NCBI GenBank assembly: GCA_050013255.1 | Contig: JBEKFP010000001.1 | Location: 64,001 to 128,000 of the forward strand | Direction: 5' to 3' | DNA from: Candidatus Bathyarchaeia archaeon | Lineage (GTDB): Archaea > Thermoproteota > Bathyarchaeia > 40CM-2-53-6 | DNA: 64,000 nt | Shown here: one piece after another, positions 57,017-64,000 of the stretch | Layout: the number at the start of each line of letters is the position of its first letter | Position numbering within the stretch: the first letter of the stretch is position 1 | Position numbers and translations under genes: made by a program | The notes under the pieces: generated by a model | Databases searched by the model: none | What the model was told of the DNA's origin: nothing | Seen by the model: the letters and a program-made list of their open reading frames with translations, nothing else

Positions 57017-58333
57017 TTGTTGAGACGAACACATTACACGGACGAAATAGAAAACGCGAAAGGCCAATCAGTCGTCTTAGCTGGGTGGGTCCACGACATT
57101 AAGGATCTCGCTCGGGCGAGATTCATTTGGCTAAGGGATCGGCAAGGTATAGCGCAGGTCACGATAATCAAAGCAAACGCCACGCCTGAGATACTGAAGC
57201 TATCAGGAAGCCTGGGTAAGGAAGATGTCATCACGGTTGAAGGTACTCCCGTCAAAGAAAGGATCGCTAAAGTCGGAGCCGAGATTACACCAACCAGGAT
57301 TGAAATCGTCGTCAAAGCAGAGGCAGCCCCCCCACTTGACATTTCCGGAAAGATTGAGTCTAACTTGGACGCGCGCCTTGATTGGCGTGTGATCGACTTA
57401 CGGAGGCGGGAAAACCTCGCAATCTTCCAGATCCAATCAAAACTCGTTGAGGGAATGGTAGAATACCTCCAACAGAGAGGCTACCTGCAAGTCTTCACAC
57501 CCTGCCTGCTTGGTGGAACATCCGAAGGCGGCGCGGAAGTTTTCAAACTAGATTACTTCGGCAAAGAAGCCTTTCTGCGACAGGACCCACAACTCCACAG
57601 GCAGTTGTGCATAGCAGCGGGGTTCGACAAAATCTACGACCTGGGACCAAATTGGCGGGCTGAACTCTCCCACACCCCTCGCCATCTTTGCGAGCATAGA
57701 GGGATGGCGGTTGAATTTGGTTTCATGAACGACGAGGCCGACATGATGAGAGTTGAAGAAGAAATGGTTGTAGCCGCAATGAAGAAGGTTAGAGAGAACT
57801 GCACGAAACAACTTGAACTCCTGCAAATTCAAGTGGAGATTCCGAAGACGCCACTTCCTGTAATGAGATTTCCCGAAGTCTACGAAATACTTGGCGAGTA
57901 TGGCAAGAAGTTACCGCACGGAAGCGACCTGGACAAAGAAAGCGAAACCTTGCTGAGCAATCACGTTCAGGAGAAACATAAGTCCGACATGTTTTTCATT
58001 GATAGGTACCCGTTCAAAGTCAAACCCTTCTACGTTATGCGCGTCGACGAGGAACCTGAATGGTCCCGAGGCGTCGACCTCGTGTACAGGGACACCGAGC
58101 AATCGTCGGGTGGCCAGCGGGAACACCGACACGAGAAGATCATGGCCCAGTTGCGGGAGAAGAATGTTAACCCTGAAGCAATGAAATGGTTCACCGAACC
58201 CTTCAAGTTCGGCGTCCCACCCCACGGCGGCTTCTGCCTGGGCATTGAGAGGTTCACGATGGCCTTACTCAAGAAGGAAAACGTGAAAGAAACGACCCTC
58301 TTCCCCCGCACACCCGAACGCCTCTTGCCGTAG
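57017..58333 (+). CDS. aspS: Archaeal-type aspartyl-tRNA synthetase (divergent pocket)
   Basis: OB-fold GWVH, EGGAEVF, WRAE-S-T-RHL-E, SSGGQR, PPHGGF-LGIER, LFPR. Confidence 0.88.
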   Translation: MLRRTHYTDEIENAKGQSVVLAGWVHDIKDLARARFIWLRDRQGIAQVTIIKANATPEILKLSGSLGKEDVITVEGTPVKERIAKVGAEITPTRIEIVVKAEAAPPLDISGKIESNLDARLDWRVIDLRRRENLAIFQIQSKLVEGMVEYLQQRGYLQVFTPCLLGGTSEGGAEVFKLDYFGKEAFLRQDPQLHRQLCIAAGFDKIYDLGPNWRAELSHTPRHLCEHRGMAVEFGFMNDEADMMRVEEEMVVAAMKKVRENCTKQLELLQIQVEIPKTPLPVMRFPEVYEILGEYGKKLPHGSDLDKESETLLSNHVQEKHKSDMFFIDRYPFKVKPFYVMRVDEEPEWSRGVDLVYRDTEQSSGGQREHRHEKIMAQLREKNVNPEAMKWFTEPFKFGVPPHGGFCLGIERFTMALLKKENVKETTLFPRTPERLLP

Positions 58334-58348
58334 CTTAGAAAAGTGGTG

Positions 58349-58373
58349 GGTTCCAATCCGACCGGCCCCACCA
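58349..58373 (+). repeat. tRNA 3'-end fragment, copy 1 (att-like)
   Basis: GGTTCCAATCCGACCGGCCCCACCA; 23/25 identical to 60705-60729. Confidence 0.75.
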
Positions 58374-58375
58374 CG

Positions 58376-58490
58376 TCATGGGATTAATAGCCAGTTTCTT
58401 ACCCTGTTCCACTCAGCTGTCATCCAAGCGAGACTGACATACTCGATCGTCAGTCCACGACGTAGAAGCCTTAACTGCTGTTCACTTACT
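58376..58490 (-). pseudogene. N-terminal fragment of a cation-efflux (CDF-like) membrane protein
   Basis: LLRRGLTIEYVSLAWMTAE resembles CDF TM1; ends next to repeat copy 1. Confidence 0.5.
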
Positions 58491-58955
58491 GCGCTTAGGC
58501 CTGGAATTGTACTCTTTCCTGGTTGGAAGTTCATCTTGTTGAAGCCAAGACGGGTGCTGCTCGGCGTAGTCAACAAAGCGTTCCATACGCTTTACAGTAT
58601 CCTTGTGGACGTGATGCTCGATACCTTCCGCGTCAGATTTGGCGATTTTCTCTTCGACGCCGAGAATTCTAAGGAATTTGAGGATCGTACGATGTCTCTG
58701 CTGCACAGATTTCGCTAACTGTTCTCCACTGCTTGTCAGAGTGAGGCCTCGGTAACGCACATAGACGATGAATCCCTTTGCATGTAATCTCTGAAGCATG
58801 ACTGTAACGCTAGATGGTTTGACAGCAAGAAGTTCTGCAATGTCTGCTGATCTAGCGTAGCCCTTCTTCTGTATGAGTTCGTAGACGACTTCAAGGTAAT
58901 CTTCAACTCGTGTGAGGTCGAAAGCAGGGTTCAGTCGCGAGCCTTGAGTCATCAC
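58482..58955 (-). CDS. mntR: DtxR/MntR-family metal-dependent regulator
   Basis: EDYLE, DIAELL-V---SVT-ML, RH---FL, DAEGIEHH. Confidence 0.93.
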   Translation of the reverse strand: MMTQGSRLNPAFDLTRVEDYLEVVYELIQKKGYARSADIAELLAVKPSSVTVMLQRLHAKGFIVYVRYRGLTLTSSGEQLAKSVQQRHRTILKFLRILGVEEKIAKSDAEGIEHHVHKDTVKRMERFVDYAEQHPSWLQQDELPTRKEYNSRPKRSK

Positions 58956-59146
58956 ATTGGCACTTCCCGTACTGATGAGAAAAACAGGTAGGCATTAGGC
59001 TGAATGATTCTGTCGGCTGAGATCAAAGCTGGGACTAGCGCGATTCTTCTGTTGAACTCTTTCATCATTTTCTGCTCCCTTATGTCTCAACAGCCTTCTT
59101 CTTTCACCATCATTGTCACTTGTCAGTTTGTTCTTAGTAAGCCAGT

Positions 59147-60472
59147 TTATCGCAGCGTAGCGTAAACAAGATACAGATGATAGGCGCCGTAAGCCCCTAG
59201 AATCATAGCCTGCAGATAGACGCTGAATGGAGCCATAATATAGTATATCAGGTACGTGTTTAGCGCCACAATTACCGTCCCAGTTAACACACCGAGGAAT
59301 GTGGTTAAGCGTTTGTTGACAAGCTGCCCCATGAGGTCTTTCTTGGCGGTGTATACTAGCAGAGGTATCATGGGTAACGCGATCATCAGGCTCAGGAGTA
59401 CTTGGCTGTAGACCAACAGGGACAGCGGGTCTAGACCTAGAAGCACCGCTACCGTCGTTGGAAAAACGTTGAAACCTCTCGTGATAACCCTTCTGACCGT
59501 TTTGTTCACCTTTGTCCCCAGCAAGCCGTCCATGACCGCTTGACCAGCTAACGTTCCGGTCGTCGAGGAGGCAAGGCCGGAGCATAGCAGCGTCACAGCG
59601 AACATAATGGCGGCGACCGGTCCGTAGATTGGTATCATTATGCGGTACGCTTGGTCCACTGCTGACACGTTGGTGAACTTCGGGTAGAAGACCTGCGCGC
59701 TCACGATCAGGATCGCAGCATTGACCATCCCGGCGATCGTGAAAGCAAAGATGCTTTCGCTGGTATGGAGCTTCAACAATCGTTTCCTTTCCTCACCGGT
59801 GTGCTCCATCACTTTGTCCCTGGTCAGCGTGGAATGTACGTACAAAGCGTGTGGCATCACGGTCGCGCCGATGATGCCAACTATCAAGACTATGTTGTCG
59901 GGGTTAAGCGCGGGGGAGACAAAGGATTGAGCAAGCTGAGTTATGTTCAGGCCCGTCACGAAGACTTCGTAGAGGAAACCGAAACCGATGATCGATATGA
60001 ACACCATAAAGAAGTATTCGAGCGACCTGAAACTTCGCGATGTTAGAGCTAGCAGGATTAGGATATCAGCGGCGCCGAATATCGACGCGTAAAGGAGGGG
60101 TACGTTGAATAGTATGTTCAGGGCGAGAACAGTGCCTAGGTATTCGGCAAGGTCGGTGGCCGCGATTGCTGCTTCGGCCCCAATCCAGTTCAGAAAAATG
60201 TCAAACCTTCTTCTGCTCGACTTGTTAAGAGACTCTCTGACGAGTCCCGCTAAATCTTTGCCCGTTGCTATTCCTAGTTTTCCGGAGAGATACTGGAGGA
60301 GCATCGCCATGAAATTCGCCATCCAGACAACCCAGAGCAAACCGTAGTTGAATGCGGCCCCCGCCTGTATGTCTGTGCCGTAGTTCCCCGGGTCCATGTA
60401 TGCCATGCTGGTGATTAATGCGGGACCCGCGAAGATGAAAAGTGCACGATACTTGCTAACGAATCGCCGCAT
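59147..60472 (-). CDS. mntH: Nramp divalent metal transporter
   Basis: AYMDPGNY, ATDLAE, GATVMPHALY-HS, GTLAGQ. Confidence 0.96.
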   Translation of the reverse strand: MRRFVSKYRALFIFAGPALITSMAYMDPGNYGTDIQAGAAFNYGLLWVVWMANFMAMLLQYLSGKLGIATGKDLAGLVRESLNKSSRRRFDIFLNWIGAEAAIAATDLAEYLGTVLALNILFNVPLLYASIFGAADILILLALTSRSFRSLEYFFMVFISIIGFGFLYEVFVTGLNITQLAQSFVSPALNPDNIVLIVGIIGATVMPHALYVHSTLTRDKVMEHTGEERKRLLKLHTSESIFAFTIAGMVNAAILIVSAQVFYPKFTNVSAVDQAYRIMIPIYGPVAAIMFAVTLLCSGLASSTTGTLAGQAVMDGLLGTKVNKTVRRVITRGFNVFPTTVAVLLGLDPLSLLVYSQVLLSLMIALPMIPLLVYTAKKDLMGQLVNKRLTTFLGVLTGTVIVALNTYLIYYIMAPFSVYLQAMILGAYGAYHLYLVYATLR

Positions 60473-60480
60473 CTGCAAAT

Positions 60481-60494
60481 TTAGATGAACCTAA
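60481..60494. promoter_or_regulatory. Putative DtxR/MntR operator
   Basis: TTAGatgaacCTAA palindrome 8 nt upstream of the mntH ATG. Confidence 0.55.
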
Positions 60495-60704
60495 CTAGTA
60501 TAGAAGCTACTATTTTTGATAGGCAAGCCAAGCCTTAAGTCTTTAGTTCTTTGCTTTGCCATTCAGCAAGATCGGCAAAGCAGTATTCGACCTGCCCGTA
60601 ATGCGCTGTCCTCGGGTATCAGGCCGTATTTTCTGAGCGGCCCACATCCCCGAATGGGAAGCCTGAACAGGCCTATTGGCTCTATTGAACCCACGATATT
60701 GATA

Positions 60705-60729
60705 GGTTCAAATCCCACCGGCCCCACCA
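60705..60729 (+). repeat. tRNA 3'-end fragment, copy 2 (att-like)
   Basis: GGTTCAAATCCCACCGGCCCCACCA: T-loop, T-stem, acceptor strand and ACCA without a 5' half. Confidence 0.75.
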
Positions 60730-60859
60730 TGCTCCCAACCATCTTAGAGCAATATGCTTGCGTTTGGCGCGCAATGGGTTTGTTTTCGGGTTGTTTTGGT
60801 TCTGCGTGGGTGGGGGTTTCTTCCTTTGGTTTAAACTCTCAAGTTGCTCGACGCTCTTA

Positions 60860-60962
60860 TGTCGCGGGTTACGAGCTAGACGTTACTCTCATCCTGCTAT
60901 CACTTGTGCTCGCTCTACTTGGCAGTGGTGCGCTATCAATCGACCACCTACTCGGAATCTGA
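60860..60962 (+). pseudogene. C-terminal fragment of a DoxX-family membrane protein
   Basis: GYELDVTLILLSLVLALLGSGALSIDHLLGI; upstream part of the ORF is not DoxX-like. Confidence 0.6.
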
Positions 60963-61199
60963 ACATGAGATACAGTGTCGATCGTGGTCGACCCCACGTA
61001 CTAGCCCCTGAATCGCTCCTTTCCTTTTCTCTCTTTTCTCCGTGAACGCACCTGACACGAGAGACCAGTCTAGATACGAAGAGTCGCGTCCCATCCTCAC
61101 GCGAGAAAACGGAGTACCTAGCGTTCGAGAATGCCTAAGGCGAAACCGGTTTGTCTTTGTTCATGGCGTAAGTTTGCTCTGCCTTTTGGGTTCCCGAAG

Positions 61200-61820
61200 T
61201 TAGGAGCGTAAGGTTCTCGCTATGATTCTTCTTGTCTTGTAGAAAACATATAGTGCGTCAGCAACTTGAACAGGTGATGCGCTAGTGATTCTTCCAAGTC
61301 TTCTGATGAGGTCTTCATATTGCAGAGCCTCAGCTACGGTAAAACCTCCTCCACTGTATGGCTTGGGGGGCAGACCAAATCCGAGAAGTTCTAGAGCATG
61401 CCATGAAGGGTTGCCTAGGATTCCGTAAGTTTCGGGCCAGGTCAACGTTAACACTGCACACGCAAGAACAGGTCCAAATCCCGGTATTCTACACAATGCG
61501 CTGACGCGATCTTCATCATCACGTTGCATCAGCGCGACGCCTAGTTGCTTCTCTAGTTCAATTGAACCCTGCTGAATCCTTCTTCGCAGCGGTTGAAGTT
61601 TCTTCCATTGTATGATGGCATTCACATCAGTTTTGGTCCAGAACCTATTGCCTCCTTTTACTTGAGTTCCAACCTTGAAGAGATGTTCACTCATTGAAGT
61701 TCGTTCAACTGCTTCAAGCTCTTTATGATAGCAAAGTAATGCATCGAAGTCTCGAACAAAATCAACGAAAATTGGACTATAACTTTCTGGACCAATTCCA
61801 GTTATGTGCGGCGTTTCCAC
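61200..61820 (-). CDS. Helix-hairpin-helix (HhH-GPD-related) hypothetical protein
   Basis: IIQWK...LCRIPGFGPVLACAVL...P-TYGIL...VADALY. Confidence 0.65.
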   Translation of the reverse strand: METPHITGIGPESYSPIFVDFVRDFDALLCYHKELEAVERTSMSEHLFKVGTQVKGGNRFWTKTDVNAIIQWKKLQPLRRRIQQGSIELEKQLGVALMQRDDEDRVSALCRIPGFGPVLACAVLTLTWPETYGILGNPSWHALELLGFGLPPKPYSGGGFTVAEALQYEDLIRRLGRITSASPVQVADALYVFYKTRRIIARTLRS

Positions 61821-61837
61821 GCTCTGTCACTCCTAGC

Positions 61838-63046
61838 TCAACGTCTCATAGCCTTGTCAAACAACGGTATGGCAACAGTCATGGTTAGGAACGTGTAGAC
61901 TATGAGTATGAGCACGTCGGGCATGATGGCGGCTAGGCTGGCGTTGAGAATTATCACTTTGCGCAGTGCATCTGCTGCATAGTAGAGCGGCAAAGCTTTT
62001 CCAATGTACTGCAACCATCCTGGTAATTGGTCGATTGGGAATAAGATGCCGCTGATGAACATCATTGGGAATTGTAGCAGCATAGTCATCATTTGAGCGG
62101 TTTCTTGGTCGGGAGCGACAGCCGTCATTATTATGCCGACGCCGACAAAGCTTGCTGTTCCGAGCACCATGACGATGAACATGATGATTGGGCTGCCGTA
62201 GATTTGGACGCCGAAAAGCAGCATTGATAATCCGAGGATGAGGAAGCCTTGAATTAGTCCGCGTACGGTTTGCGCCGCCACCTTGCCAAGTATGATTGAC
62301 ACGTGCGGAATTGGGGAAGCTAGGAGACCGTCCATAGTGCCCTGCTCCCTTTCACGTGATATAGCGGACGCGACTCCTTGGAGAGATCCGGTGATTACGG
62401 TCAATGCCATGAAGCCTGGTGCAAGGAATTGGAACGAGGAGGAAACTCCGGTGATGAGGGGGATCTTGGTGATGGAGATGGGTTGTATGATGAAGGCGGG
62501 GTTGACTTTGCCGCCGCTTATGTTATTGATGCTTTGAGTTGACATGTCTGAACCGATTATTCCGAACACGGCGGATATCTCGGACTGGACGACGGACGCG
62601 ATTGTCGGATTTGTCTCGTCAACGGTGACTTGGATTGTGGCGGGCTGGCCGGCGGCGATGGCGTCGCTGAAGCTCTGCGGTATGATTATGATGCCTTTGA
62701 TGTTTCCTTCCACGATCTGGTCGCGTGCTGCGGGGTAGCTTGCGATTTCAGATATCTTGAACAGGCCCTGCTGTGCTGAGATTTGGATAAATTGGGCTGC
62801 AACCGAGTTTGCCGTTTGGCCGTCATCCATCTGCACCAGCGCTACAGGAAGGTTTGAAAAGGCGGTGCCTATGTTGCCCGTGCTGGGGTTGGACTTCGGC
62901 ACTGGTGGATAAATAAATCCGAACATAGTCATTAACAGGAGGGGCATCAGGATGAAGAAGAACAGGAGCATTTTGGCTCGCCAGAGGTCTAGGAGGTCGC
63001 GTCGCGCTATGCCGACCGCCACTGCCCATGCGCTTGCTTTCGCCAT
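61838..63046 (-). CDS. ABC-2 type exporter permease
   Basis: EREQGT---LLASP, ILGK, FISG-LFPI--LP-WLQ; ATG at 63046. Confidence 0.92.
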   Translation of the reverse strand: MAKASAWAVAVGIARRDLLDLWRAKMLLFFFILMPLLLMTMFGFIYPPVPKSNPSTGNIGTAFSNLPVALVQMDDGQTANSVAAQFIQISAQQGLFKISEIASYPAARDQIVEGNIKGIIIIPQSFSDAIAAGQPATIQVTVDETNPTIASVVQSEISAVFGIIGSDMSTQSINNISGGKVNPAFIIQPISITKIPLITGVSSSFQFLAPGFMALTVITGSLQGVASAISREREQGTMDGLLASPIPHVSIILGKVAAQTVRGLIQGFLILGLSMLLFGVQIYGSPIIMFIVMVLGTASFVGVGIIMTAVAPDQETAQMMTMLLQFPMMFISGILFPIDQLPGWLQYIGKALPLYYAADALRKVIILNASLAAIMPDVLILIVYTFLTMTVAIPLFDKAMRR

Positions 63047-63047
63047 T

Positions 63048-63863
63048 CTACGTCCGCCCCATTGGAGATCGCAAGGAGATGTGGGCATTAGCGGAATCAC
63101 GCAGCTCGCGGCCTGTGAGTTCAAGGAAGATGTCGAGCAGGCTGTTCGTTTTGTACTTGTCTTTCAGAGCTTGGGGCGTGTCAATTGTCATGACCTTGCC
63201 ATGATCGATTATGCATATTCGGTCTGAGAGTTCGTCTGCTTCTTCCATTATGTGCGTCGTGAGGACAATGGTGTGACCGCGCTGCTTCAAGTCCTTGACT
63301 AGATCCCGTACGAAGCGGGTACTCTGCGGGTCAAGGCCAGTAGTGGGTTCATCAAGGAATAGGATGTCGGGGTCGTGCAGAACTGCACGAATCACGTTTA
63401 CCCGCTGTCTCATCCCGCTGGAGAAACCCCCAACCAGTTTATCCTTGAACGGTGTTAACTTAACCATCTCCAGGAGCTCCTCGGACTTCCGCCGCAGAGC
63501 AGCCCGATCGATACCGTAAAGACTTCCGAAGAACATCAGGTTCTCCAGCGCGGTCAGCCGCGGGTACATAATCATCTTCTCGGAAACCAGCCCTATCCGC
63601 TCACGCACCTCACCTGCATGATAAACAACATCATACCCATCCACTCTGGCCGTTCCCTCCGTTGGTATCAATAGCGTGCAAAGCATCCGTATTACAGTGC
63701 TTTTGCCTGCGCCGTTCGGGCCGAGGAAGCCGTAGATTTCTCCCCTCCGCACGGCAAGGTCGACGTGGTCGACGGCTGTGAAGCTACCAAATTTCTTCGT
63801 CAGACCATGAGTCTCAATCGCGTACTCGGATAGCGGAGCCAAATCGGCTCTCTGGAGAGTCAT
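63048..63863 (-). CDS. ABC exporter ATP-binding protein (DrrA-like)
   Basis: GPNGAGKS, FSSGM, FLDEPTTGLDP, TTH-MEEA. Confidence 0.95.
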   Translation of the reverse strand: MTLQRADLAPLSEYAIETHGLTKKFGSFTAVDHVDLAVRRGEIYGFLGPNGAGKSTVIRMLCTLLIPTEGTARVDGYDVVYHAGEVRERIGLVSEKMIMYPRLTALENLMFFGSLYGIDRAALRRKSEELLEMVKLTPFKDKLVGGFSSGMRQRVNVIRAVLHDPDILFLDEPTTGLDPQSTRFVRDLVKDLKQRGHTIVLTTHIMEEADELSDRICIIDHGKVMTIDTPQALKDKYKTNSLLDIFLELTGRELRDSANAHISLRSPMGRT

Positions 63864-63969
63864 TATGATGCCTCAGTCGATTCCTATCGTGTCCGATCCC
63901 TGGAGCCGTCTCAGCTTGCTCTGAGAAACAACAACTGTACCGCATTGCTGACAAGTCAACATTTCTTCA

Positions 63970-64000
63970 TCACTCGTACTTCAACGCGTCTATCACATTC
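63970..64000 (-). CDS. C-terminus of a MacB/FtsX-type ABC permease (partial)
   Basis: ...NVIDALKYE-stop, typical MacB-family ending. Confidence 0.55.
   Translation of the reverse strand, partial: NVIDALKYE

Noticed and set aside
58995-59585. 196-aa ORF overlapping mntH
   Set aside because: Alternative frame of a strong gene; not protein-like
58346-60729. The tRNA fragments as functional or split tRNA halves
   Set aside because: T-stems are mismatched, there is no anticodon-arm portion, and no complementary leader for trans-splicing was seen
60516-60962. 148-aa ORF as an intact gene
   Set aside because: Reads through the tRNA-derived repeat; only the last ~33 aa are DoxX-like
1-64000. CRISPR arrays, rRNA, defence operons, selenocysteine or pyrrolysine read-through
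   Set aside because: No regularly spaced repeats, rRNA-like tracts or conserved genes interrupted by in-frame stops were seen by eye

Overview
Archaeal chromosomal window, TACK-type and most consistent with Bathyarchaeia. This is inferred from gene content (S8e, SRP19, aIF-1A/Rio1/Dim2/TopoVI, PINA, archaeal AspRS and MetRS), BHB-intron tRNA and GGTGA ribosome-binding sites. It is mostly housekeeping genes, plus: a 2-oxoacid oxidation/Hyp block bracketed by two AbrB-PhoU regulators (3.1-15.6 kb); a small accessory patch with a transposase remnant (42.4-46.2 kb); an intein-containing RtcB; and an MntR-MntH cassette between two tRNA-3'-end repeats. Highlights: (1) a ribophorin-I (RPN1/Ost1)-like membrane glycoprotein that appears to keep the metazoan-type cytosolic helical tail, next to a sugar N-acyltransferase; (2) a tRNA-Asn(GUU) split by three BHB introns, one at the unusual 8/9 position; (3) a DUF6390 protein carrying an internal HypC-like domain beside a His-less HypC; (4) a CBS-HPF-like putative ribosome hibernation factor; (5) a twin palindromic operator around the hsp20 TATA box; (6) an AspRS with a rewired amino-acid pocket. 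No rRNA or CRISPR array was seen. All family assignments are from motif recognition by eye; no searches were run.
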